Assembly (NCBI GenBank): GCA_964016885.1
Contig: CAXHJY010000386.1
Span: forward strand, 1-64,000
Source: Eledone cirrhosa
Lineage: Eukaryota
Direction of reading: 5' to 3'
Length of the DNA stretch: 64,000 nt
This document shows positions 1 to 13,224 of this stretch, piece by piece. Each line of letters starts with the position of its first letter. The stretch's first letter is position 1. The position numbers and the translations under genes were made by a program. Below the pieces are notes generated by a model. It was given only the letters and a program-made list of their open reading frames with translations, was not told where the DNA came from and made no database searches.

Positions 1-9
1 AATCAACAG

Positions 10-265
10 ATAGTATTAGCAATGGAAAGACCCATGGAAACATTGTCTCCCTGGTCCAATCTGATGATCAGCTGGTAGTATTAGCAATGGAAAAACCTGT
101 GGAAACATTGTCTCCCTGGTCCAATCTGATGATCAGCTGGTAGTATTAGCAATGGAAAAACCCGTGGAAACATTGTCTCCCTGGTTCAATCTGATGATCA
201 GCTGATAATATTAGCAATGGAAAAACCCGTGGAAACATTGTCTCCCTGGTCCGATCTGATGATCC
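10..265. repeat. About 4 tandem copies of a ~63-bp unit derived from a SINE B tail
   Basis: gtagtattagcaatggaaaaacccgtggaaacattgtctccctggtccaatctgatgatcagctg repeated; resembles 58824-58880. Confidence 0.85.
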
Positions 266-649
266 ACTCCTTTCATTTCTTTACTAATATTGACAAAAGA
301 AAACAAAAAAAAAATCAAAAATATATATAAATTAATAAATGATTTTTTTTTTTAAAATAATAAAAAAAAAAATAATAATGATAATAATAATAATGAATGT
401 TTAGCCCCCCACCCCCCGTCCCCACCTACCCTTCTACCCCCTCCCAAAAAATAGAAAATAATTTTCATTTAAAAAAAAATTTGTTGCATTTTTTTTTGTT
501 TTAAAATTTTATTTGAAATTGTTTTATTTTTTTTTTAATTTTGATTGTTTTTTGTGAGAGGGAGGGGGCTTTTATTTTGTTTGTTTGTTAATATTATTAT
601 TGTTGTTATTATTATTATTATTATTATTATATTATTAGGTAGAGTGAAG

Positions 650-872
650 GTGGGGGACTGGCAGTATCAGTAGAGCGTCGACACCATGCTTTACAGCATC
701 GAGTTACGGCTCTTTACGTTCTGAGTTCAAATCCCGCTGAGGTTAGCTTTGCCTTTCATCCTTACAGGAGTCGATAAAATAAAATACCAGTAATGCACTG
801 GGGTCGATTTGATCGACTTTGCCCTTCCCCCCAAAATTGATGGCCTTGTGCCTAAATCAGGAACCATTATTA
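650..872 (+). mobile_element. tRNA-derived SINE family A (further copies about 2095-2225, 2860-3050, 6598-7100 split, 15065-15272 minus, 22335-22950 tandem, 38260-38460, 52385-52480, 52690-52790, 53128-53310, 56818-56940, 60400-60470 minus, 63245-63560)
   Basis: A-box-like tggcagtatcggtag, B-box gagttcaaatcc, shared body ctttgcctttcatccttac..gtcgataaaataaagtaccag and (ATT)n tail. Confidence 0.85.
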
Positions 873-1439
873 TTATTGTTGTTGTTGTTGTTGTTGAGTG
901 GTAGATATTAATGTGACCTTTGACACGTGGCTGCATAAGGGTTCAGCCGGCGAATTTGAAAGAATTGTTCGTTCGGCGTTCTAGCCGAAGATACAACCCC
1001 ACCCACCCCATCTTTAATGTGGATTTATGTTGTTGTATTTTGAACATATGGCCCCATTTTTTTAAATATGTGTTTTGGGTGTACACAGTCCCATTTTTTA
1101 AATATGTGTTTTGGGTGTATGTGGGCTCTTTTTAAAAAAAATATGTGTTTTTTGGTGTATGTGGGCTCATTTTCTAAAAATATGTGTGTTATGAAGGGCA
1201 TCCAGCCATAGAAACCAAGCCAAAATATAGATCCATATGAGCAAGACATGGTCACCTTATCTGACTCATCTCATAACATGACAACCTATCTAACCCATGC
1301 TTGCTATGGAAAAATAGACATTAAATGATGATGATGATGTGTATAGGTTGTTTGATCTAATCCCATCTTTAGTGTGTGTGTGTATATGTTATTGACCTGA
1401 ATTTTCAGGGCCTTAGAGTATGTGAGCTAATTTGTTAAA

Positions 1440-1481
<42 letters not shown>

Positions 1482-3049
1482 TGGTAAGTCAGGGCAGTAA
1501 AGGAAGTTCCTGTGACTCTTTCCAGGGCCTCCAAGACTGTTGAGAGGGAATGAAGGAGGAAGGTATCTGCAAAGCAGAAAACTGACCTCTGAATGCTTAT
1601 AAGAGAGTGGACTCTGATATAGGCGTCCAAGAGACAAGTGGTGGTGTTACACTGGCTGACAGATTAAATCTATCACTATTTTTTAGCCCATTTTTAATGT
1701 GAGTGAATATTGTTGCCCCAAAGTTTTAAGCCTTAAAATATCTGGTCCCCACCTCCTTTAATGTCAAAAGATTGTTGCCCCAAAATGTCAGGGTTTAGAA
1801 TAAATAGCCCTATTTTTTAAATTTGAGTGAATATTGATGCCCCAAAATTTTAGGACTTAAAACATCTGGTTCCCTCCTCTTTTAATGTCAGAGAAGATGT
1901 TGCCCCCAAAGTTTCAGGGTTTAGAAGAGATGGGCCTATTTTTAACTTGGGTGAAAGTTGTTGTCCACAAAAATTTAGGACTTAAAATATCTGGTCCTCC
2001 TTCTTTAATGTCAGAGAATACTGTTGCTCCTAAATCTTAGGAATCAGAAAATATGATCCCATTTTTTTATGTAGGTGTGTATGTTATTGTAATAGGCATC
2101 AAATTGGCAGACTCGTTAGAATGTTGGATAGAATGCTTTGCGGTATTCATTTTGGTTCTCTGCTGTCTGACTTTAAATCCCGCTGAAGTCGATAAAAGGT
2201 ACCAGTCTAGTACTGTGGTCGATTCTTCCTCTATATCTCTTTCTCACTTCGATTCTCTCACTCTCTATCTTTCTCTGGAAGAAATCTGTTGCATTCAAAC
2301 CTGGAGAGGAGATGGGCCCCACCAGATTGTAAAATGTCCTAGAAACACTGTATGTCAATAAGGCACACTAGGAGTTATGGGATTAAAGAAAAAAATATGT
2401 TGTAAGATTTAGCTTTGAAAACATTCAGTATTTTTTTATTTTTATTTTGGACGTATGATGTTGTAAAAGCAGCCAATTGACAAAGTTACAATATAGAACA
2501 CCAGATACAATGTGTTGCAGTATATATTTTAGTTCACTGTATTTTGTGTTCAAATCCCACTGAAGTAAACTTCACTTTTCATCTTTTGAAGGTTCATTAA
2601 GAAAGCACCTGTCTGGTACTGGGTCAATTCTTCCTCTCTCTCCCTTTCTCCCCCCCCCCCCTCTCTCTCTCTCTGTGGAAGAAATCAACTATATTCAGAT
2701 CTGGAGAGAGATGAGCCTCACCAAGTGTGAATGCCTAAGATGGTGCCACTATAATTATATCAGGAGTTTAGGGCACATGGCATGATATGATATGATGTTC
2801 TAAAATTTAGGACTTTAACATGTGGTGTCAGCATAATTGTGTGGGACATTAGGGCAGTGGATAAAATCTTTTATGGCATTTGTTCCGGCTCTTTATATTC
2901 TGAGTTCAAATCCCACCAAGGTCAACTTTTGCCTTTAATCCTTTCTGGGTCGATAAAATAAAGTACCAGTCGAATACTGGGGTTGATATAATCAACTTTG
3001 CCCTCACCATAATTTGAACATACTGTGCCTAGATTGGAAATCATTATTG

Positions 3050-3605
3050 TAAGGAACATGTTGTTGTCTAAATATTTAAGATTAACATGTAGCACTCCCA
3101 TTACTGTATGGGAGACATCTTTCTGTCTAAATATTTAAAACTAACATGTAGCTCTTTCATTACTGTATGAAATATGTTGTTGTCTAAATATTCAAGATCA
3201 ACATGCGGAACTCCCATTACTGTATGGGAGACATGTTGCTGTCTAAATATTTAAGATTAACATGTAGCTCTCTTATCACTGTATGAGACATGTTTCTGTC
3301 TGAATATCTAAAACTAACATGTAACTCTTTCATTACTGTATGAGACATCTTTCTGTCTAAATATCTAAGACTAACATGTAACTCTTTCATTACTGTATGG
3401 GAGACATGTTTTTGTCTAAATATTTAAAACTAACATGTAACTCTTTCATTACTGTATGGGAGACATCTTTTTGTCTAAATATCTAAGACTAACATGTAGC
3501 TCTTTCATTACTGTATGGGAGACATCTTTCTGTCTAAATATCTAAGACTAACATGTAGCTCTTTCATTACTGTATGGGAGACATCTTTCTGTCTAAATAT
3601 TTAGT
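3050..3605. repeat. ~59-bp minisatellite, about 9 copies (older degenerate ~60-bp units at 1690-2090)
   Basis: gtctaaatatctaagactaacatgtagctctttcattactgtatgggagacatctttct. Confidence 0.9.
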
Positions 3606-4024
3606 ACAAAAATATGGAGGGCGTGTAGTTATTTATGGATTTAAGACAAAAATATATGGTGTCCTGGTAATTGTGTAGGATGTCTCATTGTCCAAGGATT
3701 TAAGACAGAACATTTTTTGCCTAGTGGAGGTGTGTGGCCTAGTGGTAATAGTTTTGGACTTACAATCATATTGTCATGGGTTCGATTCCTGAACTGGGTT
3801 CTGAGTTGTGTTCTTGATAAAAACACTTCATTTCACATTGCTCCTGTATACTCAGCTGAAAATGAGTACCAGCTATAGCTGGGGGTTTAACCTTGCGATG
3901 GACTGGCGTTTTGTCCAGGGGTAAGTCTTGTATTCTCAGTCGCTTCATGCCACAAACCAGGATAAGCACCAACCCGATGAGCCTCCTGGCTCGAGACAGA
4001 CTTTAGACCTTAGATTCTGTTTTC

Positions 4025-4385
4025 TAGGTGATAAAAGCTGATCTTGCACCTTTCAAAGGCGATGACACAGGACTGAGACCTCTGGCATTACACAGTAATA
4101 CAGAAGACCTGACTTCCCATGGGTACAAGCCGAAGCTGAAGCATATAGACAGTATGGTTCCACCCCCTCTCACTGTAAAGTGGTCGAGTAGGCGCCACAG
4201 TAAAAAGCATCCAGTACTCACTGTAAATGAGGTTGGTGTTATGAAGGGTATCTAGCTGTAGAAATCAAGCCAGAATCAGTTCTGTATGAGCAAGACATGG
4301 TCACCTGACCTGGCATTGCCTACAACAGGAAAACTCATCTAACCCATGCTAGCGCGGAAGAATGGACGTAAAATGATGATGAGGG
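4025..4385 (+). mobile_element. RTE LINE 3' fragment (related short 3' ends near 1185-1340, 5550-5660, 7305-7415, 24150-24310, 48560-48715, 54505-54730, 63070-63245)
   Basis: Colinear with 17840-18260 (VIK.DL...., ctgtaaatgaggttggtgtta.gaagggcatc, aacccatgctagc, ATG tail). Confidence 0.85.
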
Positions 4386-7300
4386 ATTTTAGAACAGAAA
4401 ATGTTTGGTGCCTTCATTATTTTATTTGGTAATGTCATTTTATTTATTTGTTTGTTTGTTTATTTAAAGATCTAGGACAGAAAACATGAAGAGGGATGGG
4501 TGACCATTTTAAAAATGGTAAACAAGGGGGCATTTTTTTCTAATTGTGAGTAGATTTAACCAGTTATGATGACGAGATCGGTGTGATTATATAGAAGAAT
4601 AACTGCACTGTCCGTGTGGCTGGGTGGGTGTTTACTTTGTTACTGCTTTTCATTGGAATACTCAACCACCTACCCCTCCCATCTCTTTCTATGACATCTC
4701 ATTGATCTAAATAGAGTTTATTAGACAAGGAGGTGTCCCAGTATGGCCACAGATTGAAGCCAGTAAAAAAAAAAAAGTAAAATAACAAAAAAAAAAAAAA
4801 AAATTAAGGAAGCTGCTATAACACACAAAAAAAATTATATTAAATAATAATAATAATGATAATAATGATGTTGATGATCATGATGAATATGTAAAAAAAT
4901 GAAATTTAAAAAATATATATATAAAATTTAAGTGAACAAAAAAAATAATTTAATTAAATGAAGAAAATTTCCCTGATGAAAGTTTAAAAATAATATATAT
5001 ATAAATGTAACAAAAAAAAAAATGAAGATAATGGTGATGATGATTATAATAAATTTATAACCCAAAAGTGTTCTACTTATTTCTTCTGTGTTCATTTATT
5101 AAATGTGTGTATGTATGTATGGTTGTTTGTTTGTGTGAGTGTGTATGTATGTGTGAGTGTATATGTATGTGTTTGTATGTTATGTGTGTGTTTGTATGTT
5201 CATTGTTTTGGTGACATGACAAAAAGAGCCCAATCCACACTGTAAAGTGGTTGGGAATGTGTCAATGAAAAACGCCCAATCCGCACTGTAAAATCGCTGG
5301 GTATGTGTCATGACAAAAAGTACCTAGCTGTCAAGACACTGCATTTTTTAAAACCTCCGTATTTCTTGAGATTCGCCAACACTACACCTAATATTCTCCC
5401 TCCATACACACACACACATGTATATCATGACTCGTACACTATTCACTGCCCTGACATTTGTATATTATTCTACGTACTATACATGCACCTTTGACGAGTT
5501 GTAGTGCACCTGAGCACTGCACACAATAATTTCATTATTATTATTATTAGAAACCTAGCTAGAATCACTTCTCTACCAGCAAGACATGGTCACCCAACTT
5601 GACTTGTCTCACAATGAGATAGCTAATCTAACCCATGCTGGTGTGGAAAAATGGTCATTAACCCTTTAGCATTTACATTACTCTATATATACTATCATTT
5701 TTTCATAGGAAAGGCTTTACCTCACATAATTATCTCACATACTATTGAATCTGTTAGATTTTGATATTATTTATTTTGAGAACAATACCTTAACTTCGGT
5801 ATGAGTGACCAGTTATGGCCAGTTTGAACAGAAAGAGGTGAGAAAATTCTGGGTGGATATGGCCAGTTTAAATGCTAAAGTATTAAATGGTGATGATGGT
5901 GATGTGTTTGTATGTATGCACGTGTGTGCATGTTTTTGTGAGTGTGTATTTATGTGTGTGTGTTTGTACGTATATGTGTATATGAATGCATGTGTATTTA
6001 TGTATGTGTGTGTGTGTGTTTGTAATTACATGTGTGTATGTATGCATGTGAGTGTGTATGCATGTATTGTTATTATTGAATTGGACAAATTATTAAAGCT
6101 TCAGTCACAATATCTTATATCTTTTGTATGCATGCATCTGTGTATATGTTTGTGTGAGTGTGTATGTATGTATGTATGTGTATTAATGTATTTGTGTGTG
6201 TGTTTATTCATATATGTATGTATGTATGAATTTATATATGCTCTCTTCTCTCTCTTCCAATGAAGGACTAATGTCAAAAACGTTAAAACTCTTTTCCTAC
6301 TACATCAAGGGTTAAATTAATGTATATCATCATTGTATTGTACTCCAGTTTATTTATTCATTTATTTATTTATTGTTATCCTGGTTGACTCTGTGGAGAT
6401 ATATGAAAGGCCTCATTAGCAAGTCTCAGTAAGTACACGCAGTTCCTAACCAGGGGGTCTGTGAAGACATTGCTTAGGTCCACAAAGGTAGAACTGGGTC
6501 TCAGTGATGTTTTACTGTAATGTAACTCTATCGACGACCTTGATCTACAATTTCCACTAGTTTTAGTTTGTAAATTAATTGTTATTACACATTTGAAAGC
6601 GATGAATTAGCAGTGTCATTAGAACGTCAGATAAAATGCTTTGCATTATTCATTCCGCTTGACTGCACTCAGAGTTCAAATCATGCCAAAGTCAACTTTG
6701 CCTTTCATCCTATCTAAAGTCTGTTTCAAGCCTGGAGGCTCATCAGACAGATGTTTATCCTGCTTTATGTGGCATTAAACGACTCAGAGTACAAGGCTGC
6801 CCCATGGAGAATGACGCCAGTCCATTGCAGAGTTAAATCCCCAGCTAATGCTCATTATACTGAATATACAGCTGAGTATACTGTGAAATAAAGTGTTTTG
6901 CTCAAGAACACAACACACAACCCAATCCAGGAATAGAACCCATAACATTATGATCATAAGTCCAACACACCACTAGGTCATGCACTTTCCTCCTATCAGG
7001 TTGGATAAAATAAAATAAAAAATACCAGTTAAATACTGGGCTAGAGATAAGCTTTCCTCTCCCAACAAAATTGCTGGCCTTCTGCCAATCAGAAAGAATT
7101 ATTACATATATGAAATTGGATCCGTCTAAGGAAAGTTCTGCTGCTACTACAACTGTTCTTCTCTTATTTCCACGGCAACTGATGAAATAGAATATAAAAG
7201 GGGGAACAACTTTCACAACAGGAAACAATGTCAATGTATCTCTCAGACATTGACTTAGTTTTAGTAGGAGGGAAAATGAATATCGGATAACATTGGTATT

Positions 7301-7894
7301 CATCATAATCATCATTTAACGTCTATTTTCCACTCTAGCATGGGTTAGACGGTTTTGTCCCATTTAGAGGCAAGTTGGGTCGGGTGACTGTGTTTTGTTC
7401 ATATAGGACTTTGTTGCTGAAAAGTTTATAGGTTGACCAAGATACTCTCAAGGAATGACCAAATGAGGTTTATTTTTCAACTCTGTCTTTGGAAAAAAAA
7501 CAATGCAATTATTAAAAAGAAGAGTTGAAATTAATGCATGCAAGATTTCACAGCACTAACATTAGCCTATGAACTTTTCAGCCGACTCTCATACACTACC
7601 AACAGTTGCCTCCTATTTCTACCGCTCTTAGTTACTTCGTTAGGTCTTTAATTAAATTCAACTGTAACTAAATTTCTGTTTCACCACTGCAAACTACACT
7701 ATCATCCTGGTCTTAGATCCACTACAATTAAACCATAATTCCACAGTTATCCTGGTCTTAATTCCACTACAGTTAGACCTAGCTTCACTGCTGTCATGGT
7801 CTTACTCGTATCCACTAATGTCAGACCATAACTCCACAGTTGTCCGGGTCTTACTTTCACTTTTTGTCATGTCCACAAGAGATTCAGCTACAAA

Positions 7895-8180
7895 GCTTGG
7901 CTAGATGTGGTTCCATCACAGCTGAGCACATTGCTGTTCTTTCTCATCAAACTTTGCCAAGTCCAATGCTGTGCTAGGGTGTTCCAGCAGGGGGTATATC
8001 AGGAGGTGCTGCATAGTCTGTGATTTGATGCCACAGTCACACACAACGTTCCCATCCTTTAAATATCCCAATTTTGCAAGAGTGACTTTTGCATGTTCAA
8101 TACCCAATCTTAGTCTGTTTAGGTATTTCCACATTGCATAGTTTGTATCTGCTCCAGGGGGCAGTGCCTTGCTTGCCTTT
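7895..8180 (-). mobile_element. Non-LTR retrotransposon C-terminal fragment (Ingi/Vingi-like)
   Basis: WKYLNRLRLG...L.KLGY....CDCG..QTMQHLL..P zinc-knuckle motif. Confidence 0.65.
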
Positions 8181-8337
8181 AGCTATAGTAATATCAGTGA
8201 CAGTAAGTAATAACAAACATAGTAACAGTAGTGATAACAAGTGATAACTACCACTACAATTAGATCATAAGTTTACAAATCTCCTGGTCTTAATTTTACT
8301 ACAGTTAGACCATACCTCCACTGCTAGTATGGTCTTA

Positions 8338-8875
8338 TAATAATAATAATGAAATTATTGTGTAAAGTTCTCAGGTGCACTACAACTCATCAAAGGTGTA
8401 TGTATAGTACATAGAATAATACACAAATGTCAGGGAAGGGAATAGTGTATTAGTCATGGTATACATGTGTGTATGTGTATGGAGGGGGAACATTAGGTGT
8501 AGTGTTGGCAGATCTCGGGAAGCATGGAGGCCTTAAAGGATACAGTGTCTCGACAGCTAACAACCGATGCAGGTAGTTCGTTCCATGCTTCAGCAACTCT
8601 GAGCGTGAAAAAATGTTTCCGAAAGTCATGGGAACCGTGCTGTTCTCCGACTTTGTGGGCATGCCCACGTGTGTTAGACACATGGAAATCAAAAAGGTAC
8701 CCAGGGTTGCTGCCGGCAAGATGGTTAACAATTTTGTGGGTGTCCACCAAGTCAGTTGCCAGGCGTCGGAGCCCCAATGTATCCACGCCCAGGGAAGCAA
8801 GGCGCTCAGAGCACGGCAGACGCCTGACGGAGGGTATTCGCTTGGTTGCATGTCTCTGAACAGTTTCCAATCCAC
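8338..8875 (-). mobile_element. CR1-like LINE 3' fragment (other pieces: 5322-5550 +, 20848-21147 +, 33905-34185 -)
   Basis: VQRHATKRIP..RLASLG..L..RR..DL...TRGH..K......RKHFFTLRV..WN.LP is a typical CR1-group C-terminus; shared 3' UTR and (ATT)n tail. Confidence 0.85.
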
Positions 8876-8959
8876 TAGTTAGATCATAAGTTCATTCAGC
8901 AAGTTTTTTTCTTTCCACACTTTAGCTGTCTCCAGAACCACCAACTGTCGCACATATGG

Positions 8960-9339
8960 CAACCAGTAATAACAACAATAGCTATAGAAATAACAGTAAG
9001 AGCCAGTAATAACAACAATAGCTATAGAAATAACAGTAAGAGCCAGTAATAACAACAATAGCTATAGAAATAACAGTAAGAGCCAGTAATAACAACAATA
9101 GCTATAGAAATAACAGTAAGAGCCAGTAATAACAACCATAGTAGTAGTAATAGCAGTGACAGGTTGTAATAACAACTGCAGCTGTGGTAATAACAGTGAT
9201 AGTCAGTAATAACCATCACAGCCACAGTAATAGCAGTGGCAGCCAGTAATAACAATCACAGCTGTAGTAATAACAGTGATAGTAATAACCACCACAGCTA
9301 TAGTAATAGTAGTGACCGCCTCTAATAACTGCCACTGCT

Positions 9340-9370
<31 letters not shown>

Positions 9371-9700
9371 CCTGTAATAACAACCACAGCTGTGGTAAAA
9401 GCGGTGACAGCAAGTAATAACAACAATAGTAGTAGTCATAATAGTGACCGCGTGTAATAACACCCACAGCTGAGTAATAACAGTGATAGTCAGTAATAAC
9501 ACAATAGCCGGTAGTTATAGTTGTGATAGCTAGTAATAACAGCTCTATCTACAGTAGTAGATAGTAATAACCACCATATCTATAGTAGTAATAGTAGTGA
9601 TAGCAATAATAACCACCCTACCTACAGTAGTAGTCATAGCTAGTAATAACCGTTCTAACTACAGTAGTAGTAATAGTGATAGCTAGTAATAACAGCAGTG
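8960..9700. repeat. 40-bp minisatellite (about 4 near-perfect copies) decaying into (AGT)/(AAT)-rich units
   Basis: agccagtaataacaacaatagctatagaaataacagtaag. Confidence 0.85.
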
Positions 9701-9978
9701 GCAGCAAGCGACCCAGTTGACTGTGAAACAACTGGCATTTCAAAGTGGTAGAGTTAGTTAGAGTATGGCGACTATTCTGCACTTAAAGTTAGGAAGGAAT
9801 TCCTTCTCTACAAGCTGATTCTGGCGCCAGAGTTCCGACCACACGAAACTATCTACCATAATATTCACAGATATACCCGTATAGAGGAGAAATAAACACA
9901 CACATACATACGTTTATATATTTATATTTACGACTGAAGTATTTATACTTTTATTTTATCTCACACACAATCTTCTGG

Positions 9979-10000
9979 ATGTCTATTGCGAAGGGTGATG
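9979..10000 (+). CDS. Coding exon 1 of a putative Pro/Tyr-rich tail-anchored membrane protein (MSIAKGD + phase-1 G)
   Basis: ATG TCT ATT GCG AAG GGT GAT G followed by a consensus donor GTAAGT at 10001, in non-repetitive sequence. Phase 1 matches the acceptor at 28505. The link across an 18.5-kb intron is inference. Confidence 0.55.
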
Positions 10001-10137
10001 GTAAGTACCAACTTCTTTCCTTTCTCTTATGGAATCGTCCTTCTATCGTTCGTTTGATTCAACTAATTAGCTAATTGTCTTAAATAATTATTGGGTGGGG
10101 TTTCCTCGTGGCTATCTCGCTCGTGTGTGTATGTATC

Positions 10138-10168
<31 letters not shown>

Positions 10169-10699
10169 ATTACTTGCTTTTGTTTCTCGCTCTCTTTGCT
10201 TTGGCTCTATACAATATACTAAAGATTGTACCAAGACGTAACTCTAATTCGTTACAAACATTTAGCCCCCATGCCAGCAATTATAGAACGGTTCCAACCA
10301 TAGCCATCCTACTTTATATTTATTCAAACTACATTATCCAATGTATCGGGATCCACATGTTTTGAAGGCGGTTGGGCGGTGTGATTTAAGGGAGATTTGG
10401 CTGCTATTTTTAATAGATTGAACAACCACTTTGGTGAAGCTTTCATCGTTGGGAAGTGGTTGTATGTATCGGTTTTTAAAAAGCTAAAAATACAGAACCA
10501 AAGGTTTTTTAGTTACCGTTGCTCTGTACAAGGTTAAATAAATATCTTAATGGGTGGCAGGCTACACCATTGCCCCACCACCAGCAAGGAATACTTGTGT
10601 AATTGATGTGCGTATTCATATAAATCTACCTCCGACATAACATGTTTATTGTAATTATCCGTTATCTCTATCTATGTATCCACCGTCACCTACTGTCTC

Positions 10700-11200
10700 T
10701 TTGAGGAAACTTTACTTCAATACTGAGCATAGCATTATCTAATAACACTTAGGGAGAATACCTTAATCACTGATGGAACGGTGCACTGGTTTTATCTAAC
10801 TGTCTAATACAACGAAACAAACTGAAAAGATCTGCCATAACTTTTCCCTCTCTGTAGATATAGCATTCAAACTACACACAATTTAAAGAAACGTTACACA
10901 GTATTGGATATAAACGTTATCTAATGTTCCTTAGAAAGAAAATCCTGGTGGCTAGCAGCGGTATCTTTAATGATGGACGGGTACACAAGTTCTAACTTGG
11001 TTCTCACTTTTGGCTCTGGAACATTTTTCGGCCACACCCCGATAACTGCTTCTGCTGGTAAGCTACTTAGTGAGAGGCTGGACGCTTGAAGAGTAGATAA
11101 GCACCACCAAGTATTTGTAAGGTTCATTGAATGGCCATAATGAACACAGTCAAACGTTTAGAGTGGTATATCCCAACGACTGCTGCACCAGTTACGGAAA
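10700..11200 (-). mobile_element. Possible decayed Gypsy-type integrase remnant
   Basis: Broken frames give WDIP, KYLVV..YS and LPAE...RTKLELVYP, reminiscent of Gypsy integrase motifs; heavily degraded. Confidence 0.35.
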
Positions 11201-11882
11201 CTTAATTGATCTACCTATCTGTCTGTCTATCTAAAGATATCTATATATATCTATCTAAATAAAGAAATACATCTATTTATCTATCTGTCTGCCTGGCCAT
11301 CTGCCAGTCAATCTATCTGTCTGTCTATCTGCCAGTCAGTTTATCTGTCTGTCCATCTTGCATAACAAAACAAACTAAATAGATCTATAACTATAACTGT
11401 GGGTGTGTGTGTTGAACAGTGACAATAAAATAGAAGTCAAATATAGGTTCTCAATCATTTCAATGATTTACGATCGTTTCAGAGGGTTGATTGATGATGA
11501 TTGATCCATATATTGGCTAGCTAGTAGGGGTTATGTCACTACCAATTTCTAGTCACGAAATCCTTGATCCATCTTCCCCAGAAACAATGAACTATGATTA
11601 TATTTGCGATATATATAAATATATATATATATATATAAATATATATATATATATTAAAGAGTTAAACAAGATTCAATGAGTACATCAAAGAATGAGTTTT
11701 ACAGTAGATTGGAAGCACTCTACAAAAAATATTTTCCAGTTATTAATATTAATTCAAATATTAACAAAATAGATATTCTTGTGATCAATTAAATTTTATT
11801 ATACATATTTCAGAAGTACTGAATTAAGTTCAACAGTACGTCCTCATCATCTACCATGTCAGGGTATATCATGTATCATTTT

Positions 11883-11947
11883 ATTTTATCTGATGAGGAC
11901 GTACTGTTGAACTTAATTCAGTACCTCTGAAATATGTATAATAAAAT
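11883..11947 (+). ncRNA. Minimal type-I hammerhead ribozyme motif
   Basis: Stem I attttat/ataaaat, core CTGATGA (11890-11896), stem II gga-c-gtactg/cagtac-c-tct, GAAA (11929-11932), t-atgt-a, AUA triplet ending at 11940. Confidence 0.8.
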
Positions 11948-12387
11948 TTAATTGATCACAAGAATATATATTTTTGTTAATATTTGAATTAATATATATA
12001 TATATCGCAAATATAATCATAGTTAATTATATATATATAGATATATATATATCAAGGCTAAAAATATATAACTCAATTTGTATGTAAAGAGCTATATAAG
12101 AGAGTATATAATTGCCAAATAGTTTTACACAGAGCCCAATGTGTTTATGTAGTAATGGTTAGACGAAATGAGAGACACTTCTAACGAAAAAAGATACAGA
12201 AAGACGTAAACATAGAAAGAGATGTTCTTAACTAGTTTAATGCTTAAACTAGTTAAGAACTTCCCTCCAACTTTTCTTTGTTATATTCCAACTTTGCCTG
12301 ATTTACTTGTTTTATTTACAATCCTTTAAAATTATAATGGTATTAGAATGAAATAGTATGGTAGAATATTAAATGTTAAGTGTTAAT

Positions 12388-12538
12388 TGAACAAGTACTT
12401 TCATGCTTTCGCAATCTTCAGGTTCATATTCTGTAGTGACAGTCAAGTTTGCAATTTTCAACTGTTGAAATTTGCAAACTTGACTGTCACTATAGAATAT
12501 GAACCTGAAGATTGCGAAAGGATGAAAGTACTTGTTCA
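12388..12538. ncRNA. Two back-to-back minimal hammerhead motifs (12388-12426 minus, 12500-12538 plus)
   Basis: tgaac-CTGAAGA-t-tgc-GAAA-gca-t-GAAA-g-ta-c-tt-gttca, with palindromic AAGTACTT across stem III. The plus copy has one stem II mismatch. Confidence 0.78.
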
Positions 12539-12941
12539 ATTAACATTTAATATTCTACCATACTATTTCATTCTAATACCATTATAATTTTAAAGGATTG
12601 TAAATAAAACGAGTAAATCAGGCAAAGTTGGAATTCCTTTTATTAATATAATCCTCTACACACAATCATACACAGCCGTGTATATATATATAGTCAACCA
12701 TTTTGAAAGGTTGTCATCTTTCGAAATGACTAATTACACACGTGTTTTCTTTGTGAAAAAAAAATTCCAGTTTTCTCTATTTTTCTTTCTCTCGTCTATC
12801 TTCTTCCTTCCGACGAAAGACTAACATCCGAGACATCGGAACTTTTTTCCTACTCTATCAACCCTTAAACTAAAACTAATATATATCACCATTGCATTGC
12901 TCTCTCCTCTTATTTTTCCTTGTTGACTTTTCTCATTCGTA

Positions 12942-13012
<71 letters not shown>

Positions 13013-13191
13013 GTAGGAGGTGAGTTTTATTGTAGTACAATAAAGCAATGCAGATATCGGATAAGAAGCACTCTACAGATTGTAGGAGTGGAGTATACAT
13101 AATATATAAGATCAAAAGATGGTTAAATGAGTTCATGTGGAACTCATTTAACCATCTTTTCCATGGAACTCATTTAACCATCTTTTGATCT

Positions 13192-13224
<33 letters not shown>

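Noticed and set aside
60-265. CTGATGA in the 63-bp repeat as tandem hammerheads
   Set aside because: I could not find a convincing stem II before the downstream GAAA or a stem I pairing, and the unit is explained as a SINE tail.
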